Shown here in pieces: positions 29,468 through 39,081 of a DNA stretch of 64,000 nucleotides. Positions within the stretch are counted from its first letter, which is position 1, and each line of letters begins with the position of its first letter. The notes under the pieces are model-generated. The model had not been told where the DNA came from, did not search any database, and saw nothing but the letters and a program-made list of their open reading frames with translations. This stretch comes from Myxococcota bacterium (lineage in GTDB: Bacteria > Myxococcota_A > UBA9160 > UBA4427): positions 896,001 through 960,000 of the forward strand of contig OZ252299.1 in assembly GCA_965250285.1 (NCBI GenBank), read 5' to 3'. Position numbers and translations under genes: made by a program.

Positions 29468-30159
29468 GGGGCGTCCTCCGCCGCACACCCGCCGTGCGCC
29501 GCGCGGCGTCGGTCCAACCCGAACAGCACGTGCTCGACCACGTCGTCGAAGAGGGCGTCGGCGTCGTGGTCGAGGAAGTGGGGCAGCAGCGGTGCAAGTT
29601 CGCGCCGCGCGTCCTCGCTCAGCTCGTCGATGCGCGCGTAGGGGCTGTCGGCCGGGGCCGCGGCGGGCCGCGTCGCGGCCCCGGGGCTGCTCAGTTCGGC
29701 CGATACGAAGGCCAGGCTGACCCAGGCGATCTCGCGGCACGCCCGCACGGCGTCGCGGCCCTCGAAGCCGGCGGCGCGCAGGATCTGGATCAGCGTGTGC
29801 AGGGCGCGCAAGTAGGCGGGCGCCAGCTGGCCGTGCTGCATCAGGGCCGGCAGGGCAGCCGGGTGGCGCGAGAGCTGCAGCCGCATCGCTCGCATCCATG
29901 CGCCGGCGCGGTGGGTCCAGCTGCCGCGCTGCGGCAGCTCCACCTCGAGCCGGTCGAGGGCGAGCCCGGCGATCCCCATCAGCAGATCGTCCTTGTTGCG
30001 GACGTGGCGGTAGAGCGACATCGGCGCAGTGTGCATCGCGTCGGCGAGCGCCCGCATCGTGAGCCGGTCAACGCCGCGCGCTTCGATCAGCCGCATGCCT
30101 TCGGCGAGGATGCGCTCGCGAGAGAGGGTGGGGCGCGGTTTCGAGGCGGGGGTGGCCAC
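29464..30159 (-). CDS. TetR/AcrR family regulator
   Basis: LSRERIL..LTMRALADAMHTAPMSLYRHVRNKDDLL. Confidence 0.9.
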   Translation of the reverse strand: MATPASKPRPTLSRERILAEGMRLIEARGVDRLTMRALADAMHTAPMSLYRHVRNKDDLLMGIAGLALDRLEVELPQRGSWTHRAGAWMRAMRLQLSRHPAALPALMQHGQLAPAYLRALHTLIQILRAAGFEGRDAVRACREIAWVSLAFVSAELSSPGAATRPAAAPADSPYARIDELSEDARRELAPLLPHFLDHDADALFDDVVEHVLFGLDRRRAAHGGCAAEDAP

Positions 30160-30204
30160 GCGGACATCCTCGGGCAGTCGACGGGGGCGGCCGGGAGCAG
30201 CGTA

Positions 30205-30219
30205 GCGTACGGTGTACGC
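30205..30219. promoter_or_regulatory. Probable TetR operator palindrome
   Basis: GCGTAC-GGT-GTACGC between the divergent tetR and CMD genes. Confidence 0.65.
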
Positions 30220-30267
30220 ACCGGGGCCACGGGCCCATCGCCCCGAGACGACGGAGACCGCGACCGC

Positions 30268-30834
30268 ATGACGACCCGACTTCCTCCCTCGAACGAAGAC
30301 GACTGGTCCGAAGAGGTCGCCGCCATCTTGCAGCAGGCCACGCCCGCCGCCGAGAGTCCGGATGGCGAGGGACCGCCGAACATCCTCTTTGCGATCGGGC
30401 ATCACCCGCGGCTGCTGACGCCCTTCCTCGCGTTCTCGGCCACGCTGGCGACGCGCGGGGTGTTGCCGCGGCGCGAGAGCGAGGTGCTCGCGCTGCGCGC
30501 TTCGTGGAACTGCCGGTCGGAATTCGAGTGGGGACACCACGTCGAGTATGGCGTCGCCGAGGGACTCACGGCGGCCGAGATCGACGCGTTGGCCGACGGC
30601 CCTTCGGCATCGAGCTTCAGCGCGCGCGAGCGTCTGTTGGTGCGCACGGCCGACGCACTCCATGCCCATCAGAACGTGTCGGCCGAGCTCTGGAGTGAGT
30701 TGCGCGCGCAGTTCTCTGAGGCCGAGATCGTCGAGCTCTGCTTCGTCGTCGGTCAGTACACGATGCTGTCGATGGTGGCGAACGCGACGGGCGTACCGCT
30801 CGAGAAGCGTCTGCCGGCCATGCCCGAGCGCTGA
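30268..30834 (+). CDS. Carboxymuconolactone decarboxylase (AhpD-like) family protein
   Basis: PNILFAIGHHPRL, LPRRESEVLALR..CRSEFEWGHH, VGQYTMLS. Confidence 0.88.
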   Translation: MTTRLPPSNEDDWSEEVAAILQQATPAAESPDGEGPPNILFAIGHHPRLLTPFLAFSATLATRGVLPRRESEVLALRASWNCRSEFEWGHHVEYGVAEGLTAAEIDALADGPSASSFSARERLLVRTADALHAHQNVSAELWSELRAQFSEAEIVELCFVVGQYTMLSMVANATGVPLEKRLPAMPER

Positions 30835-30867
30835 TCTCGAAGGATGCGGGCCGTTCGCTTCGCACTT

Positions 30868-30960
30868 CTGCTCGCCGCGCGAAGCGACGGCTCGACGCGC
30901 GAAGCTACTGCTCGCCGCGCGAAGCGACGGCTCGACGCGCGAAGCTACTGCTCGCCGCGC
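30868..30960. repeat. Perfect 40-bp tandem repeat (2.3 copies) overlapping the terB-like stop codon
   Basis: CTGCTCGCCGCGCGAAGCGACGGCTCGACGCGCGAAGCTA at 30868 and 30908, partial at 30948. Confidence 0.9.
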
Positions 30961-31475
30961 AGCTTTCGCATCTCGGCGAGCTTGTCGCGGTAGCGCGTGC
31001 GGACGGCGAGCACCTCGAGGTGTTCGAGGCCGAGCTCTTCGGCGATCTGGAAGACCTCGTTGCCCTCTTCGACGCTGACCTCGTCGTCGGCCGCCGCCAC
31101 GGCGAAGAGTCCGTCGATCAGCTGAATGCGCTGGGCGTGGTCGCTCAGCTCCTTGAACTTGCGGCTCACGATGTTGTGGGTGCTGCCCTGAATCTCTTCG
31201 GCCTCGCGGATCGCGAGCTCGGCGACCATGCGCGCGTCCCGCTCCTCGAGGCCGGCGTGCTCGGCGAGCTGTCGCGCGATCGCGTCGCGCTCGCGGTCGG
31301 CGACCTCGAGATCGGCGTCGGCGACCCGCGCCAGCAGGTAGGCGAAGCACGCGAAGAAGCTCGCTTGATCGGGTGCGAGGTGGGCCAGCTCACCTTCGAG
31401 AGCGGCCAACCCCAGGCTCGGGTTCTTGCCCTCGCCGGGTTCTTCGAGGCCGAGAAAACGGAGAATTCTGGACAA
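30945..31475 (-). CDS. TerB-like / DjlA N-terminal family protein
   Basis: LLARVADADLEVADRE and LFAVAAADDEVSVEE duplicated motifs. Confidence 0.85.
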   Translation of the reverse strand: MSRILRFLGLEEPGEGKNPSLGLAALEGELAHLAPDQASFFACFAYLLARVADADLEVADRERDAIARQLAEHAGLEERDARMVAELAIREAEEIQGSTHNIVSRKFKELSDHAQRIQLIDGLFAVAAADDEVSVEEGNEVFQIAEELGLEHLEVLAVRTRYRDKLAEMRKLRGEQ

Positions 31476-31680
31476 AAGAGTGGGCTCCAGGCGTGCATCG
31501 AATCCCGAGATGGCGCTCAGGCGATCTCGGGACGGGCGCGGAGTCTCGCGGATCGGACTCCGACTGGCCAGACCGGGGGACGATGTCGCACCCTCTGAGT
31601 GGAACGGTCGTTGCGGCGAAACGCGCGCAGCTCGCCTGCATCGAACTCCGACTCACTGCTGCGAACGGACCTGCGAGGCC

Positions 31681-32049
31681 ATGCCCAGCCTGCCCCGAGA
31701 CGCCGAGACGACGCTCCTGATTCACAACCCACGCTGCTCGAAGAGCCGGCAGACCCTCGCTCTGCTCGAGGAGCAGGGCGTCGACTTCGAGATTCGCCCG
31801 TATCTGGACGATCCGCTCGACCGGGCCGAGCTCGACGAGCTGCGCGGGCGTCTGGGGCGACCCGTCGCCGACTGGGTGAGGTCGGGCGAATCCTGTTACG
31901 GCGAGGCCGGGCTGTCCGTCAACAGCAGCGATGAAGAACTGCTGGCCGCCCTCGCGACCCATCCGAAGCTGCTCCAGCGGCCCATCGTCGTGCGCGGTGA
32001 GCGGGCCGAGATCGGGCGTCCGCCCGAGCAGGTGCTCGATCTGTTCTGA
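31681..32049 (+). CDS. arsC: ArsC/YfgD family glutaredoxin-dependent arsenate reductase-like protein
   Basis: HNPRCSKSR, HPKLLQRPIV, IGRPPE. Confidence 0.88.
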   Translation: MPSLPRDAETTLLIHNPRCSKSRQTLALLEEQGVDFEIRPYLDDPLDRAELDELRGRLGRPVADWVRSGESCYGEAGLSVNSSDEELLAALATHPKLLQRPIVVRGERAEIGRPPEQVLDLF

Positions 32050-32103
32050 ATCCCGCGCGACCCACCGGAGAGTTCCCTCAGCGCCCTGTGATAGCCTGAA
32101 GAC

Positions 32104-32778
32104 GTGAGCGACGACGTGAGCACCACTGAGACCCTCGACAGACCCGATGCCAACGGGGCCGGCCGCGGCCCGCGCGGCGACCGACCGCCGCCGCCCGACG
32201 CCGAGCTGCTCGCCCGGTTGCGGGCGGGCGAAGAGGCCGCTTTCGAGGAGCTGGTCCGCGAGAACACGGGGCGCATGCTCGCCGTGGCGCGACGGTTTCT
32301 GCCGTCGGACGACGACGCGCAGGATGCGGTGCAGGAAGCCTTCGCCTCGGCGTTCCGCGCGTTGCCGCGCTTCGAGGGGGGCTCCCGCCTGTCGACGTGG
32401 CTGCATCGCATCACCGTCAATGCCTGCCTGATGAAGCTGCGCACCCGGCGCCGCAAGCCCGAAGAGTCGATCGACAACCTGCTGCCCGGCTTCCTCGAGG
32501 ACGGTCACGCCGAGAAGTCGACGCCCGTGTGGCGGCAGAGCGCCGATGAGCTGATCGAGCGCGCAGAGAACCGGCAGCGCGTGCGCGAGGCGATCGACCA
32601 GTTGCCCGACTCGTACCGCACCGTTTTGCTGCTGCGTGACATCGAAGAGTTCGACACCGAAACCACGGCGAAGGAGCTCGGGATCACCGTGGCCGCCGTG
32701 AAGACGCGCCTACACCGTGCCCGCATGGCGCTCAAGACCCTGCTCGATGAAGCGTTCTCGAGGGATGCCCAGGCATGA
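32104..32778 (+). CDS. ECF RNA polymerase sigma factor
   Basis: DAQDAVQEAF, LSTWLHRITVN, LGITVAAVKTRLHRAR. Confidence 0.95.
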   Translation: MSDDVSTTETLDRPDANGAGRGPRGDRPPPPDAELLARLRAGEEAAFEELVRENTGRMLAVARRFLPSDDDAQDAVQEAFASAFRALPRFEGGSRLSTWLHRITVNACLMKLRTRRRKPEESIDNLLPGFLEDGHAEKSTPVWRQSADELIERAENRQRVREAIDQLPDSYRTVLLLRDIEEFDTETTAKELGITVAAVKTRLHRARMALKTLLDEAFSRDAQA

Positions 32779-33020
32779 TGAAGTGCAAGGAGTTCAACGA
32801 GTTTCTGGGGGAATACCTCGAAGGGGGGCTCGACGAGGCGACCCGCAAGACCTTCGAGGCGCATCTCCAGATCTGCCCCCCCTGCTACGGCTACCTCGAC
32901 TCGTACAAAGACGTCGTGAAGGTCGGCAAAGCGTGCTGCAACGAGGCCGACGGCTCGCTCCCCGATGACGTCCCCCAGTCGCTCGTCGACGCGATCCTGG
33001 CGGCCCGCAAGGCCAGCTGA
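32775..33020 (+). CDS. Small soluble zf-HC2 (ZAS) anti-sigma factor
   Basis: MKC...HLQICPPC; ATGA overlap with the sigma gene; no TM segment. Confidence 0.9.
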   Translation: MMKCKEFNEFLGEYLEGGLDEATRKTFEAHLQICPPCYGYLDSYKDVVKVGKACCNEADGSLPDDVPQSLVDAILAARKAS

Positions 33021-33245
33021 CGCCCGAGCGGCGCCCGACTCGCTCGCCCCCGCGTCATCGCGCTCGATCTCGAGTCGATCCCGCGTCGAATCCGCCCGCG
33101 GAGCCCCCGCGGTGCGCCCCGCCCCATTCGAATCGCCGCTGCGCGTCATGCCGAAGCCGCCCCCGAAGCCCGCGTCGAGGGCCGCGGCTGCGATAGAATC
33201 CGAGCGCTTCGGGCTCAGGCCCCTCGCCCTCGGAGAAGAACAAGC

Positions 33246-33869
33246 ATGACGCGCGCGCCCGCTACCCACCTTTCTCTCTTGATGCTGGCCGTCGTGTGCC
33301 TCGTCCCGTCGGTCTCGCTCGCCGACGATGACGAAGACTACACACGGTCGGGCTTCTATCTCGAAGGCACGCTCGTGCCTGCGATCCAGCTGTTCGAGGA
33401 CGACCTCCGGCAGCTGATCCAGGACGAGACCGGCGCTTCACCCGATCTCGACTTCCAGCCGGGCTTCGGCCCCAAGCTGATCGCGGGCTACCGGGTCATC
33501 CCGTTCCTCGCGGCGCAGGCCCAGATCTCATGGCTTGGCGCGGGCTTCCGAAGCAACACGAGCGGCGATGACGTCCAGGTGAAGACCTGGAACTTCAGCG
33601 GCGATCTGAAGGCGTATCCGCTGCCCGGCAGGATCGAGCCCTATGCGCTGGTCGGCGTCGGCATGCTCTTCACCGACACGTCCGTGCAGTCGGCGGGTCG
33701 CTCGTTCAGCGACTCGGGTGTGATGGCGCGCTTCGGCGGCGGCGTTGACATGTGGATCAGTGAGTACGTTTGGGTCGGCTTCGGGCTGAACTACGTGATG
33801 CCGCGCGGCGACGTCGAGACGTTCGACTACCTCGAGTTCGACGTCTTCAAGGTCGGCGTCCGCTTCTAG
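33246..33869 (+). CDS. Small outer-membrane beta-barrel protein
   Basis: Signal peptide, alternating strands (IEPYALVGVG, ARFGGGVD), terminal VGVRF. Confidence 0.85.
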   Translation: MTRAPATHLSLLMLAVVCLVPSVSLADDDEDYTRSGFYLEGTLVPAIQLFEDDLRQLIQDETGASPDLDFQPGFGPKLIAGYRVIPFLAAQAQISWLGAGFRSNTSGDDVQVKTWNFSGDLKAYPLPGRIEPYALVGVGMLFTDTSVQSAGRSFSDSGVMARFGGGVDMWISEYVWVGFGLNYVMPRGDVETFDYLEFDVFKVGVRF

Positions 33870-33922
33870 CCGACCGGTCCGGGCGTCCTTCGCAGCGCTG
33901 CGACGCTGCGACGTGCAGAGCC

Positions 33923-35002
33923 TCAGTCGAGAGATGCGCCGACCGCCAGCGTTCGATCGACGAGCTCGTCCACCGCGATCTCGCCGAAGCCGGCGAGGCT
34001 GACCGCGACGCGGCCTCGCCACGGCGACGTCCACGCCTCGGGGATCGGTGCGCCCGTCAGGCCGAAGAGCCCGCCCACCGTCGCGCCGTTGCAGTCGGTA
34101 TCCCAGCCCGCGGTGACCGCTTCGCCAATGGCCGCGCCGAAGTCGTGCCCCGCCGAGCACAACGCCCACACGACGACCGCGAGGTTGTTCACTGTGTGCA
34201 CGGGCGACACACCCTCGTAGTGCGCATGCAGGCGCTCGACCGCACTCGGGGCCCCGGCGAGCTCGCGGCCGAGGCGCACCGCGGCCGCGGCCTCGCTGGT
34301 CGCGGGGATCTGCTCGAGTGCGGCGTCGATCGCCGCGTCGAGATCGTCGCTCGCCGGGATCGCCGCGCCGAGCGCGGCCACGAACGCCGCGCCGTGGACG
34401 CCATCGCCGCGGTGCGAGAGCTCGGCGTCGCGGCGCGCGAGCTCGGCGGCGAGGGCGGGGCGACCGGGCGCGACCCAGCCGTAGAGATCGGTGCGGATCT
34501 GCGCGCCGATCCAGTCGTTGTACGGGTTGTCGGCGCAGCGCCCGAGGTCGAAGCCGGGCTCGGCGCCGAATGCGAAGTGCTCGGCGGCCTCGCGCACGAT
34601 CACCTCGTACGCCGCTCGCTCGGCCGTGAACGTCGCGGCGAAGGGCAGCAGCCGAATCCACGCCCGCGCGACGTCGACCGTGGCGAGTTCGGCGCCGTGC
34701 TGCTCGAGCAGCCAGAGCGAGAGCACCGTGTAGTTGATGTCGTCGTCCGGCTCGGCGCGCGTCAGCTGACCCCGGCAGCACGCGCGGCCGAGCGCTTCGA
34801 CCAGGCCACCGCCCGGCGCCTCGGCATCGAGCGGAACGTAGTCGCGCAGGGGCAAGGCGTCGGTCGCCTCGAGATACGCGTCGAGGGCCGCCTTGCCGCG
34901 CGCCATCGAGAGCACCTCGACGGGCTTGCCGAGCTGGCAGCCCGAGATGCGGCCGAGCCAGGCCCGTCGGACGAGGTCGGGGTCGAGGGCAAGCGGCTCC
35001 AT
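33923..35002 (-). CDS. ADP-ribosylglycohydrolase family protein
   Basis: LGKPVE, EPDDDINYT, WIGAQIR, GWDTDCNGAT. Confidence 0.9.
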   Translation of the reverse strand: MEPLALDPDLVRRAWLGRISGCQLGKPVEVLSMARGKAALDAYLEATDALPLRDYVPLDAEAPGGGLVEALGRACCRGQLTRAEPDDDINYTVLSLWLLEQHGAELATVDVARAWIRLLPFAATFTAERAAYEVIVREAAEHFAFGAEPGFDLGRCADNPYNDWIGAQIRTDLYGWVAPGRPALAAELARRDAELSHRGDGVHGAAFVAALGAAIPASDDLDAAIDAALEQIPATSEAAAAVRLGRELAGAPSAVERLHAHYEGVSPVHTVNNLAVVVWALCSAGHDFGAAIGEAVTAGWDTDCNGATVGGLFGLTGAPIPEAWTSPWRGRVAVSLAGFGEIAVDELVDRTLAVGASLD

Positions 35003-35044
35003 GCTGCGAGCTTGGCGCGTGCGGACGGCTTCGGCCAGCGCGCA

Positions 35045-36526
35045 TCAGTGGGGCGGATCCTCGCCCTGCGCGAAGGCCAGGCCGAGCAGCAGGTCGAGCC
35101 CTGCGCGGAGCACGGCGGGCATGACCGAGCCGTGGAAGGCCCCCGCGTAGGATTCGGCGAGTCGAGCATCCTGCGCATCGAACATGTCGCGCGTGTAGAG
35201 CCGGCCGTCCTGGACGACCGCCACGAGCGAGTCGAGCGCCGCGAGATCGACGGTCGGGTCTTCGCGGTAGATCGCGAGGTCGGCCGGCGCGCCCGGCCGA
35301 AGCCGGCCGAGGCCGGGCACGGGCAGCGCCTCGGCGTTGCCCCGGGTGGCGATCGCGAGCGCTTCCTCGGTGGTGAGCCCGCCCGAGACCAGCAGCGCGA
35401 GCTCTTCGTGCAGGCTTACCCCGGGCACGATGGGCGGCGCGAACGTGTCGGTGCCCGCGCGCAGCCGCACGCCGGCCGCGTGGAGCTTCGGGACCGCCTC
35501 GGCGAGGTTGCGGTTCACGCGACCCAGCTTCACGAGCTCTTCGTCGGTCATGCGGTTCGCGGGGTTGATGCCGCCGGGCACGCGCCAGAGCGCATCGGCG
35601 TACCAGGGGGGCAGCCAGCGGCGCATCGGGTCGTCGGGGTTGCGTGAGATCTCGCGGGCTCGGCTCATGCGGTCGCGCGTCACGAGCGTGGTCGTCATCG
35701 CCGCGTCGTCGCGCAGCAACGCCTCGATCACTTGGTCGACCCGCTCGTCGGGCAGCACGAGTCGGTCGTCGAGATCGCCGAAGGGGTCGGCGCTGGTGCG
35801 CGCATGAAAGCCGAACTGGTGCTGCACGTCGTCGAGACGAGCCTCTTCGAGGCTCAGACGCCAGGGCACGTGGCCGATCACCGGCAGGCCGTGCTCGGCC
35901 GCCGCCTCGCGAATCGCGCCGAGGGTCGTGGCGTCGAGCTCGTTGTAGGCCTTCACGCAGTCGTAGCCGGCGGCGGCGACCTCTTCGACGGCGGTCCGGG
36001 CCTCTTCGGCGGTGGTGACGACGATCGCGCTGGCAAAGACCGGGTTCGGCCCATCGATGAATCGCCCGCACGTCGACACGCGCGGCCCGGCAAACGTGCC
36101 GGCTTCGATCTGGTCGTTCGCCCAGCTCGACGTGCCCGGCGCCACGTCCGCGGGCACCCGGATGCCGGTCACGCCGTGGCGCAGGAAGAGATAGGCCCAG
36201 AGCTCGACCTGACCGGGCAGCCAGCTCGGCGGGAAGTGGGCGTGCGCATCGACGAGGCCCGGCAGGACGAACATCCCGGCGAACTCGCTGCTGTCCTCGG
36301 CGCCGGCGATCTCACGAATCTCGCTGCCCTCGACGACCAGCCTTCGATGGGGGGCGCGAGAGAGACCCGGCTCGACGAGCACGACGTCGTCGAGCACCAG
36401 TCGGTGGCGCTCGGGGGCGCCGAGCGGCGCGGGCTGAGCGAGGCCGCGCACGAAGACCCAGGCCCCGATCGCCCCGAGCAAGACGAGTACGATCGCGCCA
36501 CTGATCAGCGCGCGCACGACCTTCAC
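35045..36526 (-). CDS. Amidohydrolase family protein with an N-terminal membrane anchor
   Basis: LPGLVDAHAH, GHVP, AGTD, GAPADL. Confidence 0.9.
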   Translation of the reverse strand: MKVVRALISGAIVLVLLGAIGAWVFVRGLAQPAPLGAPERHRLVLDDVVLVEPGLSRAPHRRLVVEGSEIREIAGAEDSSEFAGMFVLPGLVDAHAHFPPSWLPGQVELWAYLFLRHGVTGIRVPADVAPGTSSWANDQIEAGTFAGPRVSTCGRFIDGPNPVFASAIVVTTAEEARTAVEEVAAAGYDCVKAYNELDATTLGAIREAAAEHGLPVIGHVPWRLSLEEARLDDVQHQFGFHARTSADPFGDLDDRLVLPDERVDQVIEALLRDDAAMTTTLVTRDRMSRAREISRNPDDPMRRWLPPWYADALWRVPGGINPANRMTDEELVKLGRVNRNLAEAVPKLHAAGVRLRAGTDTFAPPIVPGVSLHEELALLVSGGLTTEEALAIATRGNAEALPVPGLGRLRPGAPADLAIYREDPTVDLAALDSLVAVVQDGRLYTRDMFDAQDARLAESYAGAFHGSVMPAVLRAGLDLLLGLAFAQGEDPPH

Positions 36527-36554
36527 GACGGGGTTCCCGGCTCGCGCGGCTGGA

Positions 36555-37466
36555 TCAGCGCGCCGCGGTCTCGAAATGGGCGAGGGCGGCGCGGGCGACG
36601 GGCTCACCCCACTCTTGCACGAAGTGTCCGGCCTCGGGCAGGAGCATCGGCTCGGGGCAGCCCCGGATCGACTTCTGCAGCTCGCGCATCACGGGCTCGC
36701 CGAGCACCACGTCGCGCAGCCCCACCGCCATGAAGCTCGGGCCGTCGAACTCGCTGCTCCAGAACGCGCGCGCGCGCTCGCCGTGCTCGATCCCCGCCAT
36801 CCCGGGCTCGACGGGGACGAGCTGCGGAAAGCGGCGAACGCCGGCCTTGTAGCGGTCGTCGGGATAGGGTGCGTCGTAGGCGAGTGCGTCCATCAGATTG
36901 AACTCGCCCTGGGCGTCGCTCGCGATCAGGCCCGCGACCGGAATCTCGGGGGCGATGGCCGCGAAGCCCTTCCACGCAGCGAACCCGTCCGAGATCGGCT
37001 GACCGATCGGCATGCCGGTGTTCATCACGATCAGCCGGGCGAAGCGACCGGGCAGGTCGGGCGGCAGCGAGAGGCCGAGGATCCCGCCCCAGTCCTGACA
37101 GACGAGCGTGATGCGCTGCAGATCGAGCCGTTCGACGAGGCGCAGCAGGCTGTCGCGATGAAAGTCGAACGTGTAGACCGCGTCGTCGACGGGCTTGTCG
37201 GATCGCCCGAAGCCGAAGAGATCGGGCACGACCACGCGCGCCCCACTCTCGAGGAAGGCCGGCATCATCTTTCGATAGAGATAGCCCCAGGTCGGCTCGC
37301 CGTGAATACACAAGAAAGTGTGCTCTGCGTCGCTTGGGCCCTCGTCGACCCGGGCCATGCGCAGGCCCTCGTAGCCGGCGAGGTCGTCGACGTAGTGCGG
37401 CGCGTACGGGTAGCCCGGCAGCACGGCGAAGCGTTCATCGGGGGTGCGGAGCGACTCGATGGGCAT
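36555..37466 (-). CDS. Haloalkane dehalogenase
   Basis: LRTPDERF, HGEPTW, QDWGG (Asp nucleophile followed by Trp), GHFVQE. Confidence 0.92.
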   Translation of the reverse strand: MPIESLRTPDERFAVLPGYPYAPHYVDDLAGYEGLRMARVDEGPSDAEHTFLCIHGEPTWGYLYRKMMPAFLESGARVVVPDLFGFGRSDKPVDDAVYTFDFHRDSLLRLVERLDLQRITLVCQDWGGILGLSLPPDLPGRFARLIVMNTGMPIGQPISDGFAAWKGFAAIAPEIPVAGLIASDAQGEFNLMDALAYDAPYPDDRYKAGVRRFPQLVPVEPGMAGIEHGERARAFWSSEFDGPSFMAVGLRDVVLGEPVMRELQKSIRGCPEPMLLPEAGHFVQEWGEPVARAALAHFETAAR

Positions 37467-37563
37467 GCGATCTCCTCTGCGAGAACGCGACGCTAGCGAA
37501 CGCGGCGCGCCGCCGCGTTCGGCGAAGATCGGCGTGCGTGTTGCCGGTTTCGGCGCCGGTGCA

Positions 37564-39081
37564 TCATCGCCGCCACCGCATGAAGCGCTCGAGCAGGCGC
37601 TTGGTCTGGGGCGTCAGCCGCGCGCGGACGTGCTGAGCGGCGGCGCCGCGGATCGCGTCGGCCTGGGTCGGGTAGGGGTGGATGACGTTCGCGAGCGTGC
37701 CGAGCTGCACCTTGCCCGCCATGGCGACCGAGATCTCGCTGATCAGGTCGCCGGCCTTCTCGGCGACGATCGTCGCGCCGACGATCTCGCCCTTGCCCTT
37801 CTTGGTGTGGATCTTCACGAAGCCTTCGTCGCGGCCCTCCGCGATGGCGCGGTCGACGTCTTCGAGGGGCTGCACCCAGGTGTCGACCTCGATGCCGCGC
37901 GCCTCGGCCTCGTGGGCGTAGAGACCGACGTGGGCGATCTCGGGCTCGGTGTAGGTGCACCACGGCATGTTGAGCGCCGAGAGCTTTCGGCGACCGAGCG
38001 AACCGACGGCAAAGAGCGCGTTCTGGATCACGATGCGGGCGGCGTGGTCGGCGGCGTGGGTGAACTTCCAGTTCATGCACACGTCGCCCGCTGCGAAGAT
38101 GCGCCGGTTCGTCGTGCGCAGGTGGTCGTCGACATGCACGCCGCGCCGCTCGTCGTACTCGACGCCGACCTGGTCGAGCCCGACGCCCGCGACGTTGGGG
38201 ATGCGACCGAGGGCGACGAGCACGCGGTCGAAGACGAGCTTCTCCTGCTGGCCCCCGCGCTCGAGTACGGCCGTGTGTTGCCCCCCCGACGATTCGATGC
38301 GCACGACCTCGGTCTCGAGCCGCACCTCGACCCCATCGCGTTCGAGTGAAGCGAGCAGCACCTCGGCGGCATCGGGGTCTTCGCGCACCAGAAACTGCGG
38401 TGCCCGCTCGACGATCGTGACGCGGCTGCCGAGGCGCCGGAACGCCTGGCTGAGCTCGCACCCGATGGGGCCGCCGCCGATCACGAGCAGGTGCTCGGGC
38501 TGCTCGACGAGGTCGAACACGTTCTCGTTGGTCAGGGGCTCCGCCTCGGCGAGCCCGGGGATCGGGGGCAGGACCGGTCGCGCGCCCGTGGCGATGACGG
38601 CCTTTGCGTACTCGAGGGTCTGGCCCCCGACTTCGATGGTGCCGTCGCCGGTGAAGTGTGCCTCGCCCAAGTAGACGTCGACCCCGAGCTCGTTGGTGTA
38701 GCGGTCGGCCGAGTCGACGGGCGAGATGCGCGCACGAACCCGGCGCAGCCGCTGCATCACCTCGGCGAACTCGACCCGCACGCCGCCGTCGACGTAGACA
38801 CCGAGGTCGCGGGCACGCAGGGCATCGCTCGCCGCATGGCCCGCTCGCAGCAGGGCCTTCGAGGGTACGCAGCCGACGTTCAGGCAATCGCCGCCAAGGT
38901 GCGTTCGCTCGATCAACGCGACCTTGGCGCCGAGCCCGGCCGACCCGGCCGCGCAGATCAAACCGGCCGTGCCGGCCCCGATCACGACCAGGTTGTAGCG
39001 GCCTTCGGGCGTCGGGTTCGACCAGTCGCTCGGATGGACGTTCGAGAGCAGATCCTGATCAGCGGGATCATCCGTTCGCAT
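37564..39081 (-). CDS. Pyridine nucleotide-disulfide oxidoreductase (MerA/lipoamide dehydrogenase-like)
   Basis: GAGTAG, GGDCLNVGCVPSK, GGGPIG, IHPYPT; no C-terminal Cys pair; AGGAGG RBS before ATG 39081. Confidence 0.92.
   Translation of the reverse strand: MRTDDPADQDLLSNVHPSDWSNPTPEGRYNLVVIGAGTAGLICAAGSAGLGAKVALIERTHLGGDCLNVGCVPSKALLRAGHAASDALRARDLGVYVDGGVRVEFAEVMQRLRRVRARISPVDSADRYTNELGVDVYLGEAHFTGDGTIEVGGQTLEYAKAVIATGARPVLPPIPGLAEAEPLTNENVFDLVEQPEHLLVIGGGPIGCELSQAFRRLGSRVTIVERAPQFLVREDPDAAEVLLASLERDGVEVRLETEVVRIESSGGQHTAVLERGGQQEKLVFDRVLVALGRIPNVAGVGLDQVGVEYDERRGVHVDDHLRTTNRRIFAAGDVCMNWKFTHAADHAARIVIQNALFAVGSLGRRKLSALNMPWCTYTEPEIAHVGLYAHEAEARGIEVDTWVQPLEDVDRAIAEGRDEGFVKIHTKKGKGEIVGATIVAEKAGDLISEISVAMAGKVQLGTLANVIHPYPTQADAIRGAAAQHVRARLTPQTKRLLERFMRWRR

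Noticed and set aside
30868..30960. 40-bp repeat (and the 22-bp repeat at 4688) as a CRISPR array
   Set aside because: Contiguous units without unique spacers; no cas genes.
30945..32049. terB-like + arsC (plus GAPDH and arsS) as a metalloid-resistance island
   Set aside because: The genes are dispersed or divergent; no arsR, arsB, acr3, arsJ or ter operon.
37564..39081. True mercuric reductase MerA
   Set aside because: No C-terminal Cys-Cys pair, no N-terminal metal-binding domain and no mer genes.
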